From the NCBI GenBank assembly GCA_002633005.1, contig NMRA01000080.1, positions 101,785-165,784 of the forward strand: DNA of 64,000 bases, written 5' to 3'. Both the position numbers and the translations under genes were made by a program. The stretch is from Phoronis australis (Eukaryota > Animalia > Phoronida). The notes beneath the pieces were generated by a model. That model worked only from the letters and a program-made list of their open reading frames with translations. It did no database searches and was not told the DNA's origin. Numbering within the stretch: position 1 is the stretch's first letter; each line of letters starts with the position of its first letter. Positions 51,438-64,000 of the stretch are shown piece by piece.

Positions 51438-52340
51438 CTGTTTTAATTGTAAGTAACAAGTTATAGTCACTACAAATATCCCTTCTCCAGATGAAAGCGG
51501 TTCCCAAGATCAGATAAAAACATTAGTCTACTGTGAAGCATTCTCGCAATCTTGTTAGAGCTTACAAATCATAAACTAAGTACTCCAGTTACATTGTCTC
51601 TCTGTTAACAAAAGAGAAATGATAACATTGTTTTTGACTAATATCTATGGTTCTTCAAACAAAAACATTTCAGCATAACCTTTTGGGGAATTCAATTTCA
51701 AACTGATCGAAAAATCACTTGTTTTAATCCACGATAGTTTGATTTGTTTCAGCCCAGTATTTTATTGACCTGAAGTCATCACTAATGCGACAATTTCCCT
51801 GCTACGCACAAACGGAGGGAAATCGATGTTCTTGATATTGAAGAATTCTGTCTACCGCGATCTGTGTACAACTCTATTAACGAAGTAAACGCGGCCGTGG
51901 TACAGTCCGAGTTTCGAAAGAACGTTAGCAGTGGTGTTACCATATGAAAGACGGAACAACAAAAATTGCCAACTGAATTATATGGAGCGTGTAGCTTAGC
52001 AGGCAATCCTAAGCGAAAATATGTCAACAGGCCTGAACCAGCTTCTCAGCATCTTTATCACAATATAATTACACGAGTAAATTAAGGATAATCAAATCCT
52101 ATGAATGAATTATCAAATTGTTAACATTTAATTGGAATTTTGTCTACTAGCGACTGCGTGCAATAACAGCAAACTAATCTCTTGACTGAAGTTTAACAAC
52201 TCCCACAAAAGTTACACCTCGTTGCTACACGGTCCTGGTTCAAAGTGTGCCAAAATTTGGCAGATTGAGGAAGTCCGCTGTCTAGCTAATTATGAACCTG
52301 ATGTATGTACATACTTAAATAGCTGACCAATTTGTTTTAC

Positions 52341-52450
52341 CTCGGTGGTGACGGACCACAGATAACTTCCCCACAGTTGGAGAGGCAGGAACCCTTACTG
52401 AATGGGTTGTAGTTGTCCTGATTTCTCTTTTTGGAAAATGACCCCTTTAT
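52341..52450 (-). CDS. ZDHHC14/18: ZDHHC exon (PaCCT region)
   Basis: IKGSFSKKRNQDNYNPFSKGSCLSNCGEVICGPSPP(S), canonical ag/gt, phases consistent. Confidence 0.93.
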
Positions 52451-53674
52451 CTACAATACAATGAAATGTAAAGTTATGAGTGTCCACCACAAGGTTTACT
52501 GCTGGTCAGTACATACAGAATAGGATGACAAGAGTTGACAAGAACACAAGGGTCCTCTTGAGTTCAGAACATGAATTCAACCGCATGCTTGAGTGTGGAG
52601 CTCTACCAAAAACTACATGAACGTAACCTATGCATTTTTCAGGTGGACACATAGTTTCATTAGACCCACCGAGTGAATTTTAGGTTCCTCATTACGCGTG
52701 CAAACTGCGATAATAGTCGGATATAAGCATACCCGCATTATGAGAACCAGTTTTCTCCACTGAATAACGAGCATCAAAGTGGTTCTCAAAATGTAGGCAC
52801 ATTATAGCCCACTATTGCCCACAGTGCTATAGAATAAGTTGTTGGGAGTGGTTTCAGTCGGAAACTGAGAATGCCAGTAGCCAAGTGAGTCGAGAATTTT
52901 GTAAACATTCAGATTAAGTAGACCATCAATGCTACTTTTGAAACACTGTTTTAAATATGTTTCGAGTCAGAAACTTTTTATAAAGCAGTCCAATCATCTG
53001 ATACAGCCACAACCACTGATGAGACATCGCATCACTAGATGTGTGACCCAGAGATAACAATCATGCTCAAAGACGTACTAGTAAGATATAATACTTCATT
53101 ACCTTAACGTTCTCGAGTACCGTAAAACCTTATGAAATTCGATCAAAAACAATAATATTATTGTAAAAATGCTGCTTTTCACATTTCAAGGGATTCTAAC
53201 ACTCTCATGAATGTTCACAATTTTGTAATACTTGATTCAGTGGCAACTGTGGTGCAAAACTTGAATAGGGAAAAGCATTTAATTTGATGCTACATAATGT
53301 CTCCTAGAAAATATGACCAAATAAAATTTCATTTGTCGGCCATATTGTGACGTCATTGGTGACATTTTAAGGTAGTAAATAGATTCCATAACAATTTCAT
53401 GTACGGCGTATTTGAAAGGAACAGCAAGTTGCTGTTCAGTATTATCAATGACAAGTTGTTCAGATATCATAATTAACTGCAGCACATGACGATTACAGCG
53501 TGCCTGTGATCGCGATCTGTAAGTTCAAACAGTAATTGGTTAGAGATGGCAGACCAGGTAATCACTGGGCTGTGCACATAAAGAAATGACCCTCTCTTCA
53601 ATATCCTTTAAATGAGGTTGAGAAAAGGAAGCTTCTCAATTACAGTCATAGGGAATAAGGCTTCCACATGATAA

Positions 53675-53787
53675 ACCAATAGCATACATTACTGGTATGA
53701 TCGTTATACCAATAGCATACATTGATACTGGTATGATCGTTATACCAATAGCATACATTTATACTGGTATGATCGTTATACCAATAA
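53675..53787. repeat. ~35-bp minisatellite, ~3 copies
   Basis: accaatagcatacatt(gat)actggtatgatcgttat repeated. Confidence 0.85.
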
Positions 53788-54218
53788 CATCAGTAATTAA
53801 CTACAAGATCCTTGACGCTATGTGTCCACTTCAAAAACAGACATTGAAACAACAGATGTGAGCTTGAAATTCAATACCCGACCATAACTCCACCTCCAGC
53901 ATATTTTGGCTGTATTTCAGACCAAACTCGAGCTAAAAGCCTTTAATGTTGTTCTTTAGTGCATGCATTAAGAATGTGTAATCCAAGTTTACATTTCATG
54001 ACCTCAAATTAAAAACATGCAACCTCAAGTTAAATTTGGAGTTTCAGTCTTAGTGCCCAGCTTTATTAAGTGTAAACTTGAATTATGAACTCATCGGCAA
54101 ATTAAGCCTATTGATTGAGAACAAAATAAAAAAAAACAAGAAAATATCAAACTCCGTCAGAATTAGCATTCGTGTTCGGCCTTGAGATTTCGCACCAAGT
54201 GGGTTTAACTCTACTTAC

Positions 54219-54321
54219 GTCTTCATTGGTGGTCTGGTTTGACACGGACAGATAAGTGTGAAAGCCTGCTAGTCCCACTATGGACCAGATAGAGAAGAAG
54301 CAGACGATTGCCTCAATTATA
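54219..54321 (-). CDS. ZDHHC14/18: ZDHHC exon (TM4 and TTxE motif)
   Basis: (S)[37 protein letters not shown]|gtaagt donor, preceded by an AC acceptor. Confidence 0.95.
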
Positions 54322-57096
54322 GTGAACAGAGTTAAGGAGATAACATAAACACTGGATGCAAGGACCAATACGATAAGATTTAGCATTAGAACTACACAAG
54401 GTCATAGTGATTGGTGAGATGCAAGGACCAATATGACAAGATTTAGCATTAGAACTACACAAGGTCATAGTGATTGGTGAGATGCAAGGACCAATACGAT
54501 ATGATTTAGTATTAGAACTACACAAGGTCACAGAGCTTGGTGAGATGCAAGGACCAATATGATAAGATTTACCATTAGAACTACATGAGGTCATAGTGCT
54601 TGGTGCTGAAGACTTGCATGAAACGATGCCAAATCAGTCATTCATGGGTATTTAATCAAAAAAGTTTATATGTGGAATACCAAGACACAGGAAAACATTT
54701 AATTCACCCAATCAATGTGGAGGTCATTACAAAAACAATGCTAAGCTTCTTTCAACTAGAGTTCGGTTTAATAAGGATTATGCTTCTCCCGTTGTCATCA
54801 GTGCCCATTATGTTGGAATTGTAGAATGAGGAAATTTCTGATTCTGACATTCAAAAAATTGCTGTAGGTGGTTATAAACCCGCCCTCCATCACAAATTTT
54901 TATTTCCCATTATGAAACAGTCACAAATTGGTCCTTAGTCAAAGTAGGCGTGATTTCTGGGCATAAAAAACTGAAAGCTTGTTATTGCTTGAGAACAGGC
55001 TCAAAAAGTTGTCATGTCACGGCATGTCATTTTATTTGTTGGATATCGACGAATAACAAACTGTCAATGTCTTCTTGATAACATCTTATCTCAGAAAGGA
55101 ACGAGTAAAACCAATGCCGTAGTGGTAAATGGTCTAAATAAAAATTTAGTTTCTTCGGTGGAATGCCAGTTCATTACCATTTAACAATTCAATATTTCGT
55201 GAAAGAATTTTTATTTAGAAACTTAAGGTTATGGCGGACATTCTTGACAAGTCCGCACATTAGCCAAATATCAGCAAAACTATAAATTTTAACTCGGTAT
55301 AAATATTTTCTTAAAGTAGAAAGCCTGTAGAGTATGATTTTTGACTTTTACCAATCTGCCAGTAATTGGGTAATGTGATCAAGCCCTTTTATTAATTAAA
55401 TTTAGCAAAAAAGAAAGGTACATTGATAGCAAAAAAATGGTATCAATAACATGATGAAATTTCATTTGATATAAATGTTCAAGTCAAGATGAGATCCTCC
55501 AAAACGCTGTTACAGTTTTCTAAAATATTGCCTTGTTTTTCTTTTATGCAACAATCGGAAACGTTCTAATTTTGATAGCCCCTCATGCAAAAGTGAGACA
55601 TTTTAAAAATAATTCCTCTCAGTGTTTTTAGAGAACAATGCACAAAGCATAGCATCTGAAAGTTTTGTATAAATCCCATCATCCCATTTCTCCGATATGA
55701 TGTTCCAAAGTTAATCAAATTTGGACATTTTCCGAGTTTGATACTACATCACCTAATGAGAAACTTCACGAAACAAATTGTGACCTACTAAGCTTACGAG
55801 AAAGGATTTTCCTCAGCAACACTCAGCAGTTGGCAGCATAGCTCTTGAGAAGCAAACAAACTGTTACCCGAAAAACATCAAACGTGCAATGATGAATGAA
55901 TTCCAAGCTGAGTGGAATTAGCATTCTAAGGCGAATTGACCAGGACATGAACTTTTAACGAAATACAATAATCCAAGCAGTTTCCTTGTTTCCTGTAATG
56001 AAGAGTGAACACATCTTGTCACTATCTGACAGGACTCGGGTTATTGCAAGTCAGCCATGTCACATGTAATGACATTAGCTGGCGACAATGCCATAAGTCT
56101 TAAAGCATTGACTATCTGTATGAAGAATTATTAGATAATGATATTATGAGCGGCATCGACAAGTCCAACTGGGAATGAAAGTCTGAGATCTCTGCAGCTT
56201 CATCATTCAGACCAATAAAATTTGCCAGATTGGGACAGAAATAGCCACTAACATCCAGATGTTTCCTATTTTTCCAAGGGTTTAAAGATGTATTTGCATG
56301 CTTCTAACTATGCTAATGCAAAGCAGGAAATAAACGACAATGCTATTTGAACATCTTCAAAGTAATCTAAACAAAGTGCAGTTGTATTCACTGACGACGT
56401 GTAAATTTAAAAACAAAAAATTCTGCAAGTAGGGGACCTTTGCACTAATGACAGGGCTCACATAACCCCAACCATGCAGTGTTATTCCCCAACACCATAT
56501 CACAATACTTATTGAACACGGTTGAGTGACTTATGGCACATAATTCTCGACATAAAACTCATTCTTACAAAAAATTTAGTAATTTTCAACCTACTGCATA
56601 TTCACATCGTCGCTATATGTTGTGTTTCTAATTAAATTGACCAAGCAATCACAGAGATAAGGAATTAGCGTGCAAGTTCCAGTTTAATACATTATAGCAA
56701 GTACTCAAAACCTTTACCAAATGTCAGCAGTACTGTACAAACCATGATAAACATGAACATTGTTGAGATATTTGACAAGCTGCCATTCATAGGCCTTTTT
56801 CCTACACTTCTGTGCTTTTAATGGCTATTGACACGCAAATAATGAGAACAAACTAGACTCATCAAATCCACCTGAAGTAATGCTAAATGCTGGCCAGTCT
56901 TGTTTTCAAAATATCAGTTCATTCTGAATCATTATCAATTGTATATACCTCTATGTATATAAGTTTCATTTATGAATTGTTTACAACCCAGATATAATGC
57001 TTCGCGGTTTCTGGGTTTGTTATTATTTCTTTGTATGTTCTGTGTATTCTTCAATAAATATATATCACAGTTATTATCAATTAGCAGAAAGGATAT
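54322..57096 (-). other. U12-type (minor spliceosome) AT-AC intron, 2775 nt
   Basis: 5' splice site ATATCCTTT (57096-57088), branch site TCCTTAAC (54338-54331), 3' end CAC (AC at 54323-54322). Splicing restores NSPA-S-IIEA in frame. Confidence 0.95.
54355..54606. repeat. 63-bp minisatellite, 4 copies
   Basis: gatgcaaggaccaata starts at 54355, 54418, 54481 and 54544. Confidence 0.93.
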
Positions 57097-57145
57097 CTTG
57101 CCGGTGAATTCTTCATAGCATCAATAAAAGAATCCTTCTGGGAAA
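57097..57145 (-). CDS. ZDHHC14/18: ZDHHC 49-nt exon (loop between TM3 and TM4)
   Basis: tttgcag acceptor, (L)SQKDSFIDAMKNSPA(S), ends at the U12 donor. Not in the ORF track. Confidence 0.92.
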
Positions 57146-57871
57146 CTGCAAATGCAAAATGAAAACATGATTGAGATGTAAACACGTGACTGAATGGCTG
57201 CATCATTGATTAATTACACTGACAAAGACATTTGTCTAATGACGCAAGAATAAAGCCTTTAACAGGTGAAGACATTTTGCTTGGAGCAAAAACGAAAACA
57301 TAACTATCAAACAGTGTGGCGAGCCCTGAACCAGTATAACTAAATTCTAGAACACAAAGAAAGGATTGGTGATGACTCGTTTAGGACCAAGTCAAACTGA
57401 TACCAACCAGACGTACAAAGTCGCATGATAAAACGAAACAAAATTTTTTACATAAAACTGAAACTCACAATAACCAACAAATACTGAAAACAAAATAGTT
57501 CCAAGTCAATAACAGCACACACACAATTACACCACATTCGAAGGATTTTCACTTTGCCCAAGCCAAACACGTTAAGGTTATCAAGGAACTTCATAAAGGA
57601 CCTCAACTCTTAGTCAAATATTGAAAAAACTATGTCAACCATTAAAAGCATATAATATTTTATGAAAGGAGTAAAATTGAGGATTTTAAAAACATCCTTC
57701 TTACTACTGTGTCTTTATTATTGTCACCTGACCATGTTTTTAAGTCAAATTTTCACGTGCAAGAAAGGTACACTCCTACCAAAATAACCACAGCCAATCT
57801 TAACAATTAAACTTTTTTACATGAAAACTTTACATTATGTCTCAAAAACGCTGTTAGAAATTTTTCATTAT

Positions 57872-57986
57872 TCACTTAGTTCGGGTTTTATGCCAAATTA
57901 ACTCGCAAAACACAAGGTATTTTTGTAAAAGTCACTTAGTTCAGGTTTTATGCCAAATTAACTCGCAAAACACAGGGCATTTTTGT
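57872..57986. repeat. 60-bp tandem duplication
   Basis: tcacttagttc(g/a)ggttttatgccaaattaactcgcaaaacaca occurs twice with period 60. Confidence 0.85.
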
Positions 57987-58386
57987 CAGAAAATTCCTTA
58001 TCAGTATGAAAGGGCCTCAAGGAGTGAGCAAACAAAGGAAAGACATGTTGAGACCGTTTCAAGACAAGTGACTTAAAGAAAGAAGACTTAAGACATAAAT
58101 TTGGTCTAGACTTACAGTTGCTGAATAAAGGATTAGCAACTGACAGTAATTTTGAGTGCATCACAGTCTGAAACTAATTTATAGAAATTATCTCAGTACC
58201 AGTCACATGTACATTCTCGAAGATTTTGCACTCTTCCTCAAGTGAGATTTAATATTTTTTCAACAGTGGTTGTGTGGAAAGTAACACCAAATTTGTGACT
58301 TACGTCTGAAACTACTTTTGTGAAACAGGTCCATAGCCTATATCAAATCACGTTTACGCTTTCAAGACAAATGAGGATATACTTAC

Positions 58387-58524
58387 GCAAGACAATATTG
58401 GTAACTGAACAGGCGAATATAAACATACAGTAGAGAGACAGTGAGACCAGAAAAAGATAGAAGTATCTGTAGTTCCTTTTGCCCACACAATTGCCGACCC
58501 ATGGGCAGTGGTGGTCAAAGCGTT
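58387..58524 (-). CDS. ZDHHC14/18: ZDHHC catalytic DHHC exon
   Basis: [46 protein letters not shown], ttccag acceptor and gtaagt donor. Confidence 0.97.
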
Positions 58525-60776
58525 CTGGAAAAGATTGAAAAAAAAGCGGCATTAAACACACCTCGCGTCACAAAGACAACATTTGATTTGGACAACTAAC
58601 TTACCATCGTTACATCGGTCTCAAACTGCTCCTCAGTCAAAATGAGATTTATGTACTTGGAAAGAATTGAAAATTTGTTATTGCTTGAGATCCGCTTCTA
58701 CAAGTACGGGACTTTTGATGGCGTATCATTTTATTCGTCGTGCAGTCTCGAGCAATCAAAAACTGTCAGTCCTTTTAACCCAAATATAACGTCTCATCTG
58801 AGAGAGGAAAAATTTATCGCGGCAATGGGTCTAAATCAAAAATTAGTTTCTGCGATGAAACACATTCCGCTCAGGGTGTGAAATTTTTCATGCACAAGCT
58901 GTGGTAACTTTACCACGTACCAACACATTACGAGTACAGAGTGTCTCACGTAGAGTGTTTACATTTCAGCTTCCTGTTTGATTTCTAGCAGTGATAAGTG
59001 TTAAGTGGAATGTGCTTGTCGAGTTGTCCACAACATGTTTTGACTTCTCACTGCATTGTGTGAATTTTGCCTTGCCGAGTTTGACTTACTTGTGTCAAGT
59101 TTGAAAACCTATGCAATGAGTTTGAAGTATTGAGAGATTGGTCATTTATTAAGCAAATCAGGACATTTTGAACTTTTGATACCAGTTCAATACATTTATT
59201 CCAAGACTTAACACGCAAACTTCCTACAGTATAGACATGGACTTTTGAACAGTCCACGCACATGAAATTCCCGTCTAGTTTGATTATCTTTTGTGGAGAA
59301 CAATGGCCTGTGCATTCGGATTTTTCATCATTTAATTAAGAAATCGGGCACTAGCATCTTAATTGGCCTATCCTAGTGAAGTGACTTCCATGCCTGTGCA
59401 AAATGGGTGCGATTGCAGCCGCTCCAATACATATAATGTACAGCTTGTGACAGCAACAATGAGTAGCCTTGGCCTGATAACATTATTCGTTCCCCTTCAC
59501 AATTGGTAAGTTTTTATTTTTTCACATTCTATAGGCAGGGTGTGCTCATATTAGTTGCCACAAAAATGCTGTATTTGTCACTCAACATCATAGAAAAGAA
59601 ATAATTTGGTAGTGCACATCTTCTATGAGAAAATGAAAAAATAACACTTCACTGGTCTGCCACAGTCTGTCCTATTGGGCCAGATTTTACCAATTTAGGA
59701 CACAATATGGCAGACAAGTGAAACAATTTTGTTCACTTCTTCCATCAAAGATGTGCACCATTAAGCTGGGTACCACAGCTGCCACCAGACAACATTTTGA
59801 AAATTTTTGGACATTCACAACAACGCTAGAACCCCTTGAAAAACTGAGAAATGACATTTTGACGATAATTTTTATCCGAAATTGGTGAGATTTTACGCTG
59901 TGTAATCAAATATCCATTAGCTGGTGGACACAATCTTAATTCAAATATATGCCTAATACTGTGCAGAAAACAACACCTAACAGTTCAGTAAATTAAAAAA
60001 AAAAAACCAGTCACTGTGACATTTATGGCTACTGTTAGTGCACAGGGGGTTTAAATTAAAAAAACTGAAATTATATTAGGTGGTGGACACGAGACTCTTT
60101 TCATCACAAACTGGGATATTCTTGAGGAAAAATGGTGAAAATCCAAGCGCGAATGCTTATCTGAAAATGGACATTTAACACAAACAAATATATAAAAGGT
60201 AGTAATCAAACTAAATTCCAGTTTTCAACCAGAGCTCATTGTACATCATTGTTTTCGCAAATAAGGTGAGAGTGAGTTTGGCAGAACAATTCCAGGTTGT
60301 ATCAAGGGAGAGCAATGCAATGCCTGAGGCCCAATGTTTCAAATTGGCACATGGTACTAAGCATGGCATTTTGCCCCAAACAAATTTTGCCTCATAAACA
60401 GTTAAATACTAGGCCTGCAGGGTGAGATAAGTTCAACACACAAAAGAGTTTTATTTTTGGTAAAGTACTTCAATGCCCTGAAATGCAACAGCTGTTTGTT
60501 AAACGATTCACTTGCACTTATAATTTATGGTCGGTGTAACGGTATTCACTGGGATCAAACCCTCAGCCCAACATCTGGTTCATGCCGACCTGGCAACAAA
60601 AACAGTGTCTATTAATAAATCAGACCGATATTCTGAGACATGGCTTGGAGCACTGTTTGAAGTGGAATCATTTGATTGCAAACAGGACTTTGCCGATGCA
60701 TACTCATATCTTCATGGTTGCCTACCAAGAATCAATAAGTTGATGCTGTCTATGTGAAAGATGTAATATTTTCTTT

Positions 60777-61900
60777 AAAGGAGAATGTCACCCGATTTAA
60801 TTAGTCTTTTTTGCCGTCTCAATCGGTCAATATCCACATCGCCTCGCATACGGTCGGCCTTACCTTGCCAAGAGGTGTCGCGTTAACCTGTGAGTAAGGT
60901 GAGAAACGACGCTAGCGACGCCAGTGGTTCATATGCAGAGTGAGTGCAGCTGTGTTGCGGTGCATCGTTCCCGCTTGTCCGAACTAAGCAGCTGCGAGGA
61001 AAGCGGGTATATCGTTTTTTTTTTTACTTCCTCGAGAGTCCGAAATACTAAGGAAGTGGCTCATGGTAGTGAAGAATGAAATACACGCTGAAAATAGCAA
61101 ACATGAGGCCGTGAAACATCTCCGTGTCTGTGGCCTGCAGACGTCGATAGTGCCTGACGAATGCCGGCTTACCAAATAACTCCATACGTTCCGTTGTCTG
61201 AGCTTGTTCACGGCGCCTCTCTATTATTTCTTCATCACTGTATTCCTGTTCGAATTGATAGTCTGTAAAACTTAACGATCCACCTGCGAAGTCGGTACTG
61301 ATGAGCTCTAGCTCGTCCTAAGACGGGATTGCGAGTTGCCATATGTTGGCGTTTATTACTGAGCGTTCTGTTTTAAAATGAATTATTCTCACCCTAACCA
61401 ATACTTATATAAAACTGAAACAAATTCTGTCTCATTAGATGCAATTTGTAATGCCTTTGGAGTGTTCGTGAGTGCAAATGATTTGAGAAGTCAGCAATGA
61501 ATAAATCACTGCATTACCGGCTTTAGGTGCAATAAAACTAATTGACGGGACACCTAGGCCGTGTGAGCTCGTGCTAATTTAGTGTTTGCTGGCAAAAACT
61601 GTTGTGAAACAACTCGATTTCCATCCCACGGCCAGGTGTAAGGGGAATCTTTAATTGCATTTACATTACTCAAATAATTATTGTCAATGTACAACTTCTG
61701 CTCTGACGGTGCTGTGGCAAAGCGGAACCTGAATAGTAAGTAGATTTGCTGTTTCGTGGCTAATTCACCAACATAATCAGGTGCACATTACTTTGGCTCA
61801 CTAGTATGGTATTTTCTTGACTGGAAGTTTAGTTTCCAATGAACTTTGGATGGTTTATGTTCGTGATGTCGAATCAGTTTCCCGAGCGACTGGCGGGGAT
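60777..61900 (+). mobile_element. Non-autonomous DNA transposon with decayed THAP domain (Kolobok-like left end)
   Basis: Begins TTAA-AGGAGAATGTCACCCGATTT. Second copy at ~2297-3003. Right boundary uncertain. Confidence 0.7.
60952..61155 (+). pseudogene. THAP zinc-finger remnant
   Basis: VLRCIVPACPN*AAARKAGISFFFLLPRESEILRKWL...HLRVCGLQTSIVP retains C-x4-C, FxxP, W and VC. It has one stop, and the final His reads Gln. Confidence 0.75.
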
Positions 61901-63118
61901 AACGCCGAGTCAATCAGGCCGGCCGCGACGGGCCTGACCGTGCTCCGAGCCACTGGCCAGGCTAACAAGCATTTGGTGTTTAGAACTCAAAAAATCTCAA
62001 GTGTAAACAACACAGGTCTAGGTTCTCCTGTCTGTATCTCAAGGAAAATACTTCAAATTTAGCTCCAAACAGACCCCAAACTCCTGCTACGGACCTTATT
62101 GGCCTGCCGAACTTTGTAGGCTACGGTGTGTCCAAATACCAATAAATCCGTAAGAGCGAAATAAAACAACACGTTTTATAAGAACTCGGTGTATTTTTAA
62201 GGGTTTTACATCGAAGTTTGATGATTTATTGGTGTTAAACGATGACTTCAAGCGATAAGCTGACACCACTAACCCGTGTTGTGANCAAAACAGCACATCA
62301 TCTCCAGTGTTTTCCATATCTTTTCCTCAGCACAGAAAATTCTCAATAGATATCACGTCACTTCTTCCATGCAGAAAAACGTAGCTCAAGCCAAAGTTTA
62401 TTTGCCAAATGACGTCGTATGGAGGTCACAAGGTATTGTAATTTAATTTGCGAGATCCATGCGGCAAGCGTAAGCGCGTCGCACGGTTTTCGCCTATGGG
62501 ACCCTACCATTGTTTTTCTATGTTGCGTCTTTGTTGGACATAACAATACAGGTCGCATGGATATCGGATCTTGGGCGTACATCAGCCCGTTACCGATAAA
62601 TAAGAAAAACAATGGATACGCCTATCTATTGATATCTATGTGACGTGCTGGCGACCTAGTTTCCCGTGGGTAGCAGCAACTAAGGGAAAAAACTCAGCAT
62701 TTAAGGATTTTTTTACTTTTTACTTTTTACATTCCCGCAACTGATCAATTAGCCCTACAATAGTTAGCAGCATGTGACACAAACCTTCCATTTTCTTGAT
62801 GAAATGACATGCAGAAAACAGGATGCCAAAAATGACATCATACATTCCACATTTCATCATGGAAACATCGGCTACTAAATTTTATTACCACCTTTCATCA
62901 GTATCCAATAAAATAACTGGAAATTCCCCGTCACGATGGCAGAGGCCCGGCGGAATTCACCCCACTGTGATAGTCAAGTGAAAGTGGAATTCATCTCCAT
63001 AGTAACCAAAATGATGAGTCAAGATGGTAATTACCCACTAATTACAGGAAAGCAATTTTTTCTGATTACAGCATCCATGGATACATAGTTCCACCTACAC
63101 TGAAAACAGCCCACTCAC

Positions 63119-63274
63119 CCACGCAGTTGTCGCAGACACTACAGTGAGAAGCCCGTGGTGGCCGGAATATCTTGCAGGTGTAACAGTATTTGAGCTTGAA
63201 CATCTGCCCATTCACCATGACCTCTTTGACTCGGGGTGGAGGTCTGTATGTGCCTTGCCCATTGCTAGGAACCT
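63119..63274 (-). CDS. ZDHHC14/18: ZDHHC cysteine-rich domain exon (gene continues beyond the window)
   Basis: [52 protein letters not shown], tttcag acceptor and gtgagt donor. RPPPR..EV..NG is the ZDHHC9/14/18 signature. Confidence 0.97.
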
Positions 63275-64000
63275 CTGAAACACAGGGTAGACTGGATTTA
63301 ATCATCATCAACATACATACAAATTAACCCAGTATTTTCCAAATTAATAACACTTGCTAGGTTTGCAAGCCATACTTGTGTTGAGATTTAAACCACGTAT
63401 TATTTTTCTCTAAACATTTACTCTTTCCTCGCCAGCAAATAGCATGCGATGAGTTTCCCATAATTTGCACCAGACCAATTCATCACTATAACTGATCAAC
63501 GAACGTCAATCAATCATTTAATACTAAATAAACATCAGCAAAAAATTTAGCCCGCATTCAGACCACTCGCAGGACAATTCAGTTCAGAGGATAATATGAC
63601 AAGGAAACGGTGAAAGACAGCCTCGTCCCAAATTCAATTTTCTTCTTTCGCAGAGGTGCAAAAAGCATCACACATTTGACTTAACTTCTGAAAAGTTAAG
63701 GCGCCAAATGTTTTTGAGCCGAGGCAAAAGAGAAAAGAATTAAACATCACAGCCCACCAAGCTTGTCAATTTTCTGTCTCAGCACTGCAACTCACTACGA
63801 CAATAAAAAACCTATTAGAATGACATATGTCGAAATAATTAGGGATGTTGTAAACAATTATTAGCATGGCAAACATGAGCAACTGTAGGGTGAATGCCGT
63901 ACCTATGAACAGTATTACAGATTATGGGTAAATTTTGCAGAATGATAGTTTACGCAGGTATTTCCAGACATAAACTAGAAACTAAACTTTGTGTAGAACA

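Noticed and set aside
61298-61340. CTGATGAG motif (also at 36116 and 53016)
   Set aside because: No properly placed GAAA core or stems.

Overview
AT-rich metazoan (probably invertebrate) genomic DNA with a 586-bp N gap. It holds three host genes that can be rebuilt exon by exon. (1) A 4-exon, 162-aa LEM-domain, tail-anchored nuclear envelope protein (emerin/LAP2beta-like, + strand, 3832-8074). (2) A single-coding-exon LSM10 (38358-38777, +). (3) The 3' part of a ZDHHC9/14/18-type palmitoyltransferase (- strand, 8 phase-consistent exons, 63274 to 45070), with an AT-AC U12-type intron and a candidate stop-containing cassette exon. About 22 kb (10575-32545) is a CpG-rich satellite built on a ~10-bp TAGACGCGTA motif. 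It flips orientation at ~24730, has a ~955-bp higher-order repeat in the right arm, and carries a LINE RT fragment and a TIR element. Other elements include a 668-bp foldback with an 8-bp TSD, stacked P-like excision footprints, a two-copy element with a decayed THAP domain, a tandem tRNA-like SINE head, a degenerate hammerhead and several MITEs. Most short ORFs in the track are noise. I see no clearly new enzymatic system; the satellite and the P/foldback cluster are the least explained parts.
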